From positions 1-44,975 of IMG/VR virus record IMGVR_UViG_3300044976_000012: a DNA stretch of 44,975 bases; one strand, written 5' to 3'. Below are positions 1 to 7,667 of the stretch, piece by piece. The notes below the pieces were generated by a model. That model worked only from the letters and a program-made list of their open reading frames with translations, was not told the origin of the DNA and did no database searches. A program made the translations under genes and the position numbers. The first letter of the stretch is position 1, and each line of letters starts with the position of its first letter. The DNA is from a virus (taxonomy: Duplodnaviria; Caudoviricetes).

Positions 1-621
1 CTCCACGTGGTCGTCGTAGCCAAGCTCCGGGTGCTCCCGCAGGCGCATCACGATCTTCGCCAGCCAGTCCGTGCTCGCGAGCCGCTGCCCCGTCACGTCG
101 TTCCATCGCGTAAGGATCTGTCGACTGCGCTCGTACTCGTCGTCGCTGACTGTCTTGCCGTCCACCTTCCACGTCCTCCGGCTGCCGCCGAGCACCAAGC
201 CCGTGCTCTCTCGCGCGCTCTCTATGGGTGGTTCAATGGGTGGTTGCACTTCGGGTGGTTCGGGCCGCGCCGGTGCGGCCCCCCCACGTCGCATTTGCGG
301 CCCCCCCGGGCCGCGCCCATGCGGCCCCTCGGCCTCCTCCGCAGGGGCCGCAGTTTGCGGCCCCCCCATCACGACCGCGTAGACGTTCGTGCCCTTGCTC
401 GACTCGCCCGTCCTCGTGATCTGCCCGGCCGCTTCCAGCCGCCGCAGGCATCGCTGCACTTGCGACCGCGACAGCCGCGCGTCGCTCGCCAGCGTCTCGA
501 CCGCGGGCCACGATCCGCTGCCGTCCGTCCGCGCGTAGTTCGCGACGGCGAGCAGCACAAGCCGGTCGCCGCCCTTCGCCGGGGAGTTGTCGAACACCCA
601 GGCCATCGCCTGGACGCTCAC
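1..621 (-). CDS. Phage replication initiator, N-terminal winged HTH (HTH_36/lambda O-like); 3' end runs off the window
   Basis: Not in the ORF track because it has no stop in the window. Manual translation from GTG 621 gives MSVQAMAWVFDNSPAKGGDRLVLLAVANYARTDGSGSWPAVETLASDARLSRSQVQRCLRRLEAAGQI..., open to base 1. This is a typical initiator N-terminus followed by a low-complexity linker containing repeats. Confidence 0.85.
   Translation of the reverse strand, partial: MSVQAMAWVFDNSPAKGGDRLVLLAVANYARTDGSGSWPAVETLASDARLSRSQVQRCLRRLEAAGQITRTGESSKGTNVYAVVMGGPQTAAPAEEAEGPHGRGPGGPQMRRGGAAPARPEPPEVQPPIEPPIESARESTGLVLGGSRRTWKVDGKTVSDDEYERSRQILTRWNDVTGQRLASTDWLAKIVMRLREHPELGYDDHVE
226..364. repeat. 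Iteron-like repeats, probable replication origin inside the initiator gene
   Basis: TGCGGCCCC at 274, 296, 320 and 356, plus an inverted copy GGGGCCGCA at 344-352 (palindrome 344-364). GGGTGGTT at 226, 238 and 253. Confidence 0.7.
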
Positions 622-650
622 GTCCGGCCTCGTTCTGTATGCTTCTCCAC
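618..650 (-). CDS. 10-aa leader peptide (MEKHTERGRT) coupled to the initiator start
   Basis: GGAGGA SD 5 nt before GTG 650. Its TGA (620-618) overlaps the initiator GTG (621-619). Confidence 0.5.
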   Translation of the reverse strand: MEKHTERGRT

Positions 651-781
651 GGTAATCCTCCGTTCGGTTCGTCGTTCGTTGGATCTCCTGCTAGGGGGGC
701 ACCACTCCGAGGCCCGTCGGCTCGTCACCGGCGGGCCTCAACTATGCCCGGTTCGCGCAGCTCGCGCGCGGGCATCCGACG

Positions 782-1048
782 CTACAGGTCAGCATGCCTC
801 CCGTCCACCCTGATCGTGCCGTCGTCGTCGTCTTCCACGGCGCAGTCAGGAACGTGGATGCCGTGCTCGGCCGCGGCGTCGGGCAGCTCGGCCATGTTCG
901 GCGCCTGGAGCTTCACGCCGAGCCTGCGGATCTGGTCGCGGATCGTCCACTTGCTGACGCCGATCGTCGCTGCGATCTCCAGCGTGTCGGCGCCGCACTT
1001 GATCAGAGCCAGGATCTCCTCCTCTCGCGCCGTGACGTAGACGCTCAT
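782..1048 (-). CDS. Stand-alone LuxR/GerE-type HTH regulator
   Basis: TAREEEILALIKCGADTLEIAATIGVSKWTIRDQIRRLGVKL matches the LuxR C-terminal HTH pattern. ATGA overlap with the upstream gene. Confidence 0.8.
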   Translation of the reverse strand: MSVYVTAREEEILALIKCGADTLEIAATIGVSKWTIRDQIRRLGVKLQAPNMAELPDAAAEHGIHVPDCAVEDDDDGTIRVDGRHADL

Positions 1049-2214
1049 GCCGGTGCCTCCCCCGGCCAGTCGATGTCCGCGTCTCCCTGCGGCGCATCCG
1101 GCGTAGATGCCTCCGTGCGTTGGCGGTCGTCGCTCTCCTGCGTCGCGGGCGCCTCGGGCTGCTCCGGTGCCTCCTCGACCGCAGAATCGCTCTCAGGCGC
1201 TTCTGGCGCCTCCGGCGTGTCGGCCTCGGCTGCCGCCGTCGCCTGCGCGTCCAGCTCGGCCTGCTTCGCCGCTGCCGCCTCGTCCGGGTCAAGCGGCGTG
1301 TCCGGCCCCGACAGAACCACGCCGACGGCGTCCTGCCGCGCGAACGCATCCTGCACTTCGCTCCTGCTCGGCGGCGGCATCTCGCGCCCTCCTAGCGTCT
1401 CCACGAGGTAGGCGACGCCGTTCCCGATCCTGATGCCGGTGTCACGCTTCTCCTCGTCGCTCAGGTCGGCCAGCTTGCTCTCGCCCGTCAGCAGCGTGAG
1501 CGCTTCGCTGACCCACTCGGCCCACGGCATCCCCGGGTCGATCTGCTTCATGCGGGCGCTGACCGCGCTCCATCCGAGCGGAGCGTCCTCCCGAAGCACG
1601 ATGCCGTCCGAGGTTGTCGGCTTCGCCGGTTGCGCGCTCCTGCGGCCGCTCGTCGGCTCGTCCGAATGCTGATCGGTGTCGTAGCTCGCGTGCTCCTCCG
1701 TGCTGACCGCGAACGTCTGCGCCAGCACGTTCTTCAGCGCCATCGTCATCGCCTTGTTTGTGCTCTTGTCGCCGCTGTCGGTTCCCTCGCCCCACGCGCT
1801 CGCGGTGAAGCTGTCGCCGTTCGGCCCGTAGAACGTGTACTCGACGTGGAGGTTGACCTCGTACATGATCCCGCCGCGGTTCGTCGTCCGCTGGTCGCTG
1901 ATCCGCTCGATCACGCGCGGCGTGAAGAACACGCCGTAGTGCGACAGCAAAGGGTTGAGGGCGTTCATCACGTCGTCGTGCCCGCGGTACATGAACCCCT
2001 GCTGCTCGTTCCGCTGCCCCTTCCCGATCGCGGGCATCTCCGCGACGATCGCCGCGACCCGCTGGAACACCGTCATCCGGTCGGCCGCTTCCGCAGCGAG
2101 CCTCATCTGCTCGTGCGCCTGCGCCTCAGCCTGCGCCTCGTAGGCGTTCCACGGCCGCTCCTGCTCCGGCGCCTCGGCCTCGACCTCGGGTGCTTCGTCA
2201 ATCACCTTGCTCAT
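1045..2214 (-). CDS. erf: ERF-family ssDNA annealing protein (recombinase) with acidic tail
   Basis: IGKGQRNEQQGFMYRGHDDVMNALNPLLSHYGV...GEGTDSGDKSTNKAMTMALK...FAV is the ERF superfamily pattern. Strong SD upstream. Confidence 0.85.
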   Translation of the reverse strand: MSKVIDEAPEVEAEAPEQERPWNAYEAQAEAQAHEQMRLAAEAADRMTVFQRVAAIVAEMPAIGKGQRNEQQGFMYRGHDDVMNALNPLLSHYGVFFTPRVIERISDQRTTNRGGIMYEVNLHVEYTFYGPNGDSFTASAWGEGTDSGDKSTNKAMTMALKNVLAQTFAVSTEEHASYDTDQHSDEPTSGRRSAQPAKPTTSDGIVLREDAPLGWSAVSARMKQIDPGMPWAEWVSEALTLLTGESKLADLSDEEKRDTGIRIGNGVAYLVETLGGREMPPPSRSEVQDAFARQDAVGVVLSGPDTPLDPDEAAAAKQAELDAQATAAAEADTPEAPEAPESDSAVEEAPEQPEAPATQESDDRQRTEASTPDAPQGDADIDWPGEAPA

Positions 2215-2216
2215 GG

Positions 2217-2281
2217 CTCCTCCTCGGGAGTCGGGTTGTTGCCGGGCGGCGAATGCGCCGCCCGGCCTGAATCATGCCTGC
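2217..2281 (-). promoter_or_regulatory. Partial copy of the repeated expression cassette (GCAGGCATGATT + CGACTCCCGAGGAGGAG, no -35) with an inserted 11-bp hairpin
   Basis: CATGAT at 2276-2271. Perfect stem 2241-2251/2256-2266 with CATT loop. Start-associated sequence 2233-2217. Confidence 0.75.
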
Positions 2282-2286
2282 TGTCG

Positions 2287-3426
2287 CTACGCCGCGACGG
2301 CGATGTTCCGCCACGAACCGGTCGGCAGCGTCAAGAGCTGCCCGCCGATCCGCTCGATCTCCTCCTGCCGCGCGAACGTCTCGGCCTCCTTCGCCGCGTC
2401 CGTCACCGCGTTCACCATCCCCCACTTCGTGAAGTCGTTGCCGCGAGCGAGAGACATCAGCACGGAGTCGCGTTCGCCGTCGTTCAGGTCGAACGTCTGC
2501 GCCAGCGCCTCCGTCGCCGTCGCCGGATGCCGAACCGTCAGCGTGTCGTCCGCCGCCGCCCGGATCTGCTCCACGATCTCGTCCAGCACCGTCTCGCTCA
2601 CCGCCTGCGTGATCGCGTCGCGGCACTTCAGGAATGTCGCCTTGTCGGCCGCCGCCAGCGTGTCGTTCGCGAAGCTGATCCGCGACTCCTCGCTGTCGTC
2701 GATCACTCGGCCGACGTGGTACGCCCGCAGCGAAGCCGCGTTGCTGACCATGCCGTTCAGGCAGTCCAGCTTCCACACGAACGGCTCCACCGTGAGCGCG
2801 CTCGCGCCGACCTCGCTGTTGCGGAACTGAAAGCCTGCCTGCACGATGTCGCCCACCTTCAGGCCGACCTCGCGCTGCACCGTCGGCAGCACCGCCCGCA
2901 GCACCATCCGCTCCGGCGTCAGGTTCGCGACGTGGAACCGTAGCCCCTCGATGTCGCGAAGCGCCGGAATGACGGCCCGCTCCATCAGGTCGTAGTTGTC
3001 GAGCCTGCGGAACCGGTCGCTCAGGAACGCGCGCACGTTCCCGTCGAGCATCCTGATCAGCCTGCGCTCCGGCTTCGCCAGGAACCAGTGCTCGACGTTC
3101 GTGTCGAGCAGCCCCGGCGCCTCCTGCCGGAGCCGGTCGTAGTACTTCTTCGGGATGCCGAGCCGCTGCGCGATCTGCCCGTGCGCGTAGTCATTGACCT
3201 TGCCCGTCACCAGCGGCTCCGCGCCCGGAGGGTCAAACGACAGGAACGAGCCTGCCCCTTCGGCCGTCAGGTTCGCGCCGACGCCCTTCGTCGTGCTGAA
3301 CCCCGCGCGCCGCGTGTCGACGAGGTAGTCGCGCTTCGTCTCCTGCATCCGGGCCAGCTCCGTCGCCAGATCCTCCAGGCTCGTATGCGTCGTCGGCTCG
3401 CGCCGTAGTGCTGTCAGTGTCGTCAT
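2287..3426 (-). CDS. DUF932/DUF945-like phage protein
   Basis: LIRMLDGNVRAFLSDRFRRLDNYDL...GFQFRNSEVGASALTVEPFVWKLDCLNGMV resembles this family (NSE.G and C.NG motifs). Confidence 0.75.
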   Translation of the reverse strand: MTTLTALRREPTTHTSLEDLATELARMQETKRDYLVDTRRAGFSTTKGVGANLTAEGAGSFLSFDPPGAEPLVTGKVNDYAHGQIAQRLGIPKKYYDRLRQEAPGLLDTNVEHWFLAKPERRLIRMLDGNVRAFLSDRFRRLDNYDLMERAVIPALRDIEGLRFHVANLTPERMVLRAVLPTVQREVGLKVGDIVQAGFQFRNSEVGASALTVEPFVWKLDCLNGMVSNAASLRAYHVGRVIDDSEESRISFANDTLAAADKATFLKCRDAITQAVSETVLDEIVEQIRAAADDTLTVRHPATATEALAQTFDLNDGERDSVLMSLARGNDFTKWGMVNAVTDAAKEAETFARQEEIERIGGQLLTLPTGSWRNIAVAA

Positions 3427-3432
3427 GTTGCT

Positions 3433-3492
3433 CTCCTCCTCGGGAGTCGTCAGATGGATGCTGCGTCAGATAACTATAGCGCGGGTGTCGGT
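3433..3492 (-). promoter_or_regulatory. Promoter (-10 TATAGT) overlapping an operator-like box, followed by the CGACTCCCGAGGAGGAG start sequence
   Basis: TATAGT at 3478-3473. CAGATAACTA on + at 3467-3476. Start sequence at 3449-3433. Confidence 0.65.
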
Positions 3493-3713
3493 CGTCGGTT
3501 GCCCTCCTCTCCGGCCCACGTCTGCCAGTCGTAGTCAAGCGCGAACGCCTCGCGGTGCGCCCTCGCCCGGGCTGCGGCTCGCTGCCGTTGCCGCCGGACG
3601 CGCGCCTTCCGCCGCTGCGCCCACCACTCGATGCCCTCCTCGACGCCCGCGATCGCCGCGAACGCGAGGAAGATCAGGCCGATCCAGACGATCGCATCTC
3701 CGGTTGTCATCAT
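3474..3713 (-). CDS. Small membrane protein
   Basis: GAGG SD then ATG 3713: MMTTGDAIVWIGLIFLAFAAIAGV (one TM segment) and an Arg-rich tail. Confidence 0.65.
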   Translation of the reverse strand: MMTTGDAIVWIGLIFLAFAAIAGVEEGIEWWAQRRKARVRRQRQRAAARARAHREAFALDYDWQTWAGEEGNRRPTPAL

Positions 3714-3973
3714 CGTCCTCTCGCGTAGGGGTTGACCAGCCAGCGGCCCGGCTGCTCCGCGTCGGGACGATAGAGAATCCCGATCCGGGTGTCGTCGTCG
3801 ATCTGTCGTTCTTCCCGCAGCGTGTCGAGCGTGAAAGCGAGGCTGTCGCCGTCGCACGTCGCGACGTGCTGCGGTGCCTGCGCCGGGCCGAGGCTCGGCC
3901 CCTTGACCTCGTACACGTGGTACGCCTGCTCCGTCAGGCACTCGACGTGCCGGGAGTGCTCGTTCGTCTCCAT
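3710..3973 (-). CDS. Hypothetical protein (METNEHSRH...)
   Basis: GAGGAG SD before ATG 3973. This is the 3' part of track ORF 3710..5119. Stop overlaps the next start. Confidence 0.65.
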   Translation of the reverse strand: METNEHSRHVECLTEQAYHVYEVKGPSLGPAQAPQHVATCDGDSLAFTLDTLREERQIDDDTRIGILYRPDAEQPGRWLVNPYARGR

Positions 3974-3993
3974 CGTTGCTCCTCTCTCGTCGG

Positions 3994-4993
3994 TCATCTG
4001 TCCCAATTCCAGACGCGCTCGCGGATCACGAGCGGCAGGTTCTCCGGCCCCTTCTCGTACGCGCCGATCCACCGCTGCCGGTGGCCGCCGATGCTCGGGT
4101 ACCACTGCTGCCGCCAGTGGCCGCCTACGATCCACCGGTGTGTCCAGTTCACGTCGCGGCTGCGCTCGCCGTCCGGGTCGGCCTCGCGGCTCGTCGGCCT
4201 GCGTAGCTCGATCACGCGCGGCGCCCCCGGATCCCATCCCTGCCGTGCCGCCTCCCGGCGTGCCGGGCGTGCCGCCTTCCGCCGCTCCGACGTAACGATC
4301 GTCTCGCTCATCAGCTTCTGCATCACCCGGAAGAACCGCAGCCACCCGGCGTTCTGGTCGCCCTCGCCCCGAACCTCCTTCGCCCGGCTCACGAGCATCA
4401 GCGGGATCGCTGTCGCGTGGATGATTCCCCATGCCATGCCAGTCTCCCGCAGCATCTCGATCAGGTCGGCGTTCTCGGCCGAGAAGTCGTCCGGGTCGTC
4501 GACGTGCGACAGCGTCGTGATCCGCAGCACCGGCTCCGTCCGCACGTGGTCGTGCGTCAGGTCGAACGTGTAGCCGACCTCCTCGTCCGAGTCGATGACG
4601 ATGGCGCAGCCCGGGTCGACGACGCGCCACAAGATCGCGCGCGTCGCCCATCAGCTTGTCGTTCACGTCGCGCACGTAGAACGGCTCCGGCAGCAAGACG
4701 AACCCGTGCGGGATGAAAGCGTCCTCGACCGTGAACGGCTCCTCGACCGCGAACCCCTCCATCGCGCTCTGCGTCAGGTGCATCATCTCGTGGCTCATCC
4801 AGCACGTCTCCGCGCTGACGGTGTCCTCGACAATATGCGCGAACGCGAACGCCGACGGCGCTGTCGCCTCCATGCCGTACCGCTGGTACCGGTCGGTCAG
4901 CCAGCCTCGCGCCTGCGCCGTCACGGTCGCGCTGATCTCGCGGCGCCAGTGGTTGTGCGCCCGCAGCGCCGCCGTGTGATCGTTGAACTCCAT
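3994..4993 (-). pseudogene. Hypothetical phage protein with C-terminal HRWIV.GHWR motif, split by a 1-base frameshift near 4648
   Basis: MEFNDHTAALRAH...DKLM is in one frame and ATRAILWRVVDPG...HRWIVGGHWRQQWYPS is in the next. Removing one G from ATGGGCG joins them. Confidence 0.7.
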
Positions 4994-5241
4994 CACTGCA
5001 CCCCCGGGCTGTCGTGCATCGCATCGAACTCGACCGCCCGGATCGTGCGTACCGTCCCGGCTCCCGGCCCCACGACCTTGCGGCACACGATGATCCGTTG
5101 CCCCTCCGTCACGGCCCAACCCGCGAGGGAGTGGAGGTACGCCTCGGCGGCGATCTGCTCGTCGACCTCGGCCTCCGCGAGCACAACGGACGACACGCGC
5201 ACGTTGCCGTTCTGCTCGTCCACTAGGCGCCAGCGCGTCAT
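4993..5241 (-). CDS. Hypothetical protein
   Basis: 82-aa ORF, start and stop overlap both neighbours. Confidence 0.7.
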   Translation of the reverse strand: MTRWRLVDEQNGNVRVSSVVLAEAEVDEQIAAEAYLHSLAGWAVTEGQRIIVCRKVVGPGAGTVRTIRAVEFDAMHDSPGVQ

Positions 5242-5405
5242 GATCCCACCGCCTCAGCGCAGCTCTTGCACGCGCACGAGTTGCTGGTCGTCGCGCTCAC
5301 GTAGTGGAGCCACACGGGCGCCGTCGCCGTCGCGGTCACGAACGCCTTGCAGATGCCGCAGAGATGCGTGCCGCCCCGAACCTGAACCCATCCCGCGGCG
5401 CTCAC
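5238..5405 (-). CDS. Small Cys-rich (CxxC...CxxC) protein
   Basis: GTG 5405 overlaps the upstream TGA. MSAAGWVQVRGGTHLCGICK...CACKSC. Confidence 0.55.
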   Translation of the reverse strand: MSAAGWVQVRGGTHLCGICKAFVTATATAPVWLHYVSATTSNSCACKSCAEAVGS

Positions 5406-5632
5406 AACGTCACCGGCCTGCGGCGCGTCGTGTAGCTCCGGCCTTCCCGGTTCACGCGGGCGACGACGGCGCCGTCCGCGTCCCGCACGTAAAACGCGCA
5501 GTCGCGCTCCTGCTGCGTCGCCAGGAACAGCGCGAGGCTCATGCCCGCGCTCTCGTTCGGCGCCTTCCGGCCCTCGCATCCCGGGCCGGTCACGAGGACG
5601 GTGTCCTCCTGCCTGTTTGTGCTCTTGCTCAT
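5402..5632 (-). CDS. Hypothetical protein, first gene after an expression cassette
   Basis: ATG directly after CGACTCCCGAGGAGGAGACG; 76 aa. Confidence 0.75.
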   Translation of the reverse strand: MSKSTNRQEDTVLVTGPGCEGRKAPNESAGMSLALFLATQQERDCAFYVRDADGAVVARVNREGRSYTTRRRPVTL

Positions 5633-5635
5633 CGT

Positions 5636-5710
5636 CTCCTCCTCGGGAGTCGTTGTTGGCTGACACCTGAATCATGCCTGCCCCTCGCAGGAATGTCAAG
5701 TAAATATCTG
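5636..5710 (-). promoter_or_regulatory. Full expression cassette: operator-like box, sigma70/SigA promoter and start-associated sequence
   Basis: CAGATATTTA 5710-5701, TTGACA 5699-5694, 17-nt spacer, CATGAT 5676-5671, CGACTCCCGAGGAGGAG 5652-5636. Confidence 0.9.
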
Positions 5711-5740
5711 GCCGCGGGTGCCGTAGTCCCGCGGCCAGAT
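5706..5740 (-). terminator. Probable terminator at the end of the late/lysis operon
   Basis: Perfect 13-bp inverted repeat ATCTGGCCGCGGG-N9-CCCGCGGCCAGAT followed on - by ATTTACTT. Overlaps the operator-like box. Confidence 0.7.
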
Positions 5741-5809
5741 GAGTGAACCGTGAGTGAAGCCTGAGGACAGGGACGCGCAGGGTTCCGGCCGCACGTGGTG
5801 GACGGCCGA

Positions 5810-5953
5810 CTAGGGCCGGTCGCGGTAGCCGAGCTTGTCGCCCTTCCCGAGCGCCACCAGCGTGTCCTTGTCGTCGCCCGTGTCGACGAGCAAAGCGTAC
5901 TCCGGGCCTCCCCCGAAGTCTGCCTTCACGATCGTCCCGATCTTCGGCTTCAT
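5810..5953 (-). CDS. 47-aa hypothetical protein (MKPKIGTIVKADFGG...)
   Basis: GAAGGAG SD, ATG 5953, TAG 5812-5810. Below the ORF-track size cut-off. Confidence 0.6.
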   Translation of the reverse strand: MKPKIGTIVKADFGGGPEYALLVDTGDDKDTLVALGKGDKLGYRDRP

Positions 5954-5992
5954 GGCTGTCTCCTTCCGTGCTGTCAGTGTCGATGGTATCGG

Positions 5993-6397
5993 TCAGGGGT
6001 TCGGCTGCTCGCCGCTCGTCGTCAGTCCCTGCAACGCACGCAGCCCCGCCGCGAACGCACCCACGATCGCTCCCGTCGCGACAGCCTTCCACGTCGTCAG
6101 GTCGGGCGCCGCCAGCCAGCCGCTCGCTGCCGTCAGCGTCACACCGATGAAAGCTCGGGCGAACGCATCGACGAGCGCTCCTGGCGTGCCCGGGATCAGC
6201 GACTTGAAGCTGAGTTGCGGCACGAACACCTGCACGGCCCGGATGCCCGCCGCGATCGAAGCGGCGACCGCGGCGGCCCCGAGGACGACGCCCGAGTGCA
6301 GATCGGGTGCTGCGAGCACCCCGATCCCGTACGTGATGATCGCTGCTCCGAACGCCCGCAGGAACGATGCTCCTGCTCTCTCCAGTACGACCGTCAT
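5993..6397 (-). CDS. Holin-like protein, about 4 TM segments, internally duplicated
   Basis: Two similar halves (FLRAF...GVLAAPDL / FARAF...GWLAAPDL), hydrophobic, downstream of the endolysin. Confidence 0.75.
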   Translation of the reverse strand: MTVVLERAGASFLRAFGAAIITYGIGVLAAPDLHSGVVLGAAAVAASIAAGIRAVQVFVPQLSFKSLIPGTPGALVDAFARAFIGVTLTAASGWLAAPDLTTWKAVATGAIVGAFAAGLRALQGLTTSGEQPNP

Positions 6398-6837
6398 GCT
6401 GCCTCCTCCGTTGTTGTCGTTCGTGCCCCGAGCGCCTCGATGGCCCCGATCAGCCTGTCCGTCCGCGCGGCCGCTTGCGTCTCGTGTCGCAACATCGAGT
6501 CGGTGCTCGCCTGCACAAGACTCTCCAGCTTCGTCAGGTCGGGCCGCTGTTCCAGCACCGCGACCTTCGCGATCAGCTCGACCCTCGCGTCCGCCGTAGC
6601 CTTCAGATCTTCCGTGATGCGGTCGCGTGCCGCGACGGCCGCATCGCGTTCCTCATGCCATGCTGTCGCTGCCGCCTCGCTCGCGCCCAGCGCTGTCCGC
6701 AGCCGGTTGTACGCCGCGACCGAACCGACGATCGCTGCGACGGCGACGATGTCGAGGACGATGCTCGCGTCTGACCACGTCGCGTCGAACAGCGAGAACA
6801 CGATCAGCGTCGCGACGCCCTCCGCGAACACGATCAC
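6394..6837 (-). CDS. Membrane protein with coiled coil (lysis cassette)
   Basis: GTG 6837 overlaps the endolysin stop. Hydrophobic N-terminus, then a heptad-rich region. Confidence 0.65.
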   Translation of the reverse strand: MIVFAEGVATLIVFSLFDATWSDASIVLDIVAVAAIVGSVAAYNRLRTALGASEAAATAWHEERDAAVAARDRITEDLKATADARVELIAKVAVLEQRPDLTKLESLVQASTDSMLRHETQAAARTDRLIGAIEALGARTTTTEEAA

Positions 6838-7589
6838 GCAGCGACCCTCGGCGCGTACGCGACCCGTTCGATCCACGCGGCAGCGTCGGCGCGTCCGTGC
6901 GGCGACGTAACCCCGAGATGCGTGTGTGACCGTCCCGGGTCGCCCGGCCAACGGCCAACGTGCCCGACGATCTGGCCGACACGGAGGGGCTGCCCGACCC
7001 TGACGGTCAGGTCGCCGTAGTGCGTCGAGAACCAGCGGTAGCCCGTCGGCGTCACATAGTGGAGGTTCCAGCCGAAGATCCCGAGCGACGGATCCGGCAC
7101 ATAGGTCGGCGGGTGCCCGCTGATCTTCACGACCTCGGCGTTCACGACCGCCAACACCTTCGTTCCTCCCGGAGCGCAGAAGTCGTACGCCATGTTGTTG
7201 TCGATCCCTGCCGTCTCGTGGAGCTTCTGGCAGATCGAGCTTGTGGCTCCGATCGGGTGCGGGTAGCACCACGTCACCTGAGCGTCCGCGTATGCTTTCA
7301 GGAGGCCGTAGCAGGTGCCGTCGTAGCCGCCGCTCACCCGGAGAATCCGGTCGACGGACGCCCCGGCCTTCCCGTCGATGTGCAGCCCGGCCTTCCTCTC
7401 GATCCGTTTCACGAGATCCGTCATGCCCGGGCCGAACGTGCGGCGCGACGTGACGCTCATCTGCTTGTACGCCGTCCACCCCTTGTCGTCCTCCAGGTAC
7501 CGTAGTCCTCCTCGGCGCACCGCCTCAACGTCCTGCCCCTTCAGGTATGGCTTCACGAGCGCCAGCACTCGGATCAGATGCGGTTCCAT
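6834..7589 (-). CDS. Endolysin: N-terminal peptidoglycan-binding-like region plus M23 peptidase
   Basis: H...YDF, GTKVLAV, HYGDLTVRVGQ...GQIVG and HTH(LG) M23 motifs. Followed by membrane and holin genes. Confidence 0.85.
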   Translation of the reverse strand: MEPHLIRVLALVKPYLKGQDVEAVRRGGLRYLEDDKGWTAYKQMSVTSRRTFGPGMTDLVKRIERKAGLHIDGKAGASVDRILRVSGGYDGTCYGLLKAYADAQVTWCYPHPIGATSSICQKLHETAGIDNNMAYDFCAPGGTKVLAVVNAEVVKISGHPPTYVPDPSLGIFGWNLHYVTPTGYRWFSTHYGDLTVRVGQPLRVGQIVGHVGRWPGDPGRSHTHLGVTSPHGRADAAAWIERVAYAPRVAA

Positions 7590-7596
7590 GCAGCGA

Positions 7597-7618
7597 AGGG
7601 TACTAGCCGCCGGTGACG
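7597..7618 (-). promoter_or_regulatory. Putative late promoter CGTCACC-N9-TACCCT (leaderless endolysin mRNA)
   Basis: The motif has the same geometry at 5 sites. ATG lies 7 nt after the -10-like hexamer, with no SD. Confidence 0.65.
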
Positions 7619-7624
7619 GCCCAC

Positions 7625-7667
7625 CGGCGGCGGGCCGGACGGCCCCATGCGGCCCGGCCCGCCGCCG
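7625..7667 (-). terminator. GC-rich hairpin after the last tail gene
   Basis: 14-bp inverted repeat 7625-7638/7654-7667 immediately after the TAG. No U tract. Confidence 0.55.

Noticed and set aside
279-367. Poly-C runs as phase-variation tracts
   Set aside because: They are part of the iteron-like repeats and the reading frame is intact.
3710-5119. 469-aa ORF as a single protein
   Set aside because: It is a chimera of a frameshifted gene's 5' half, an off-frame Arg-rich middle and a separate downstream gene with its own SD.
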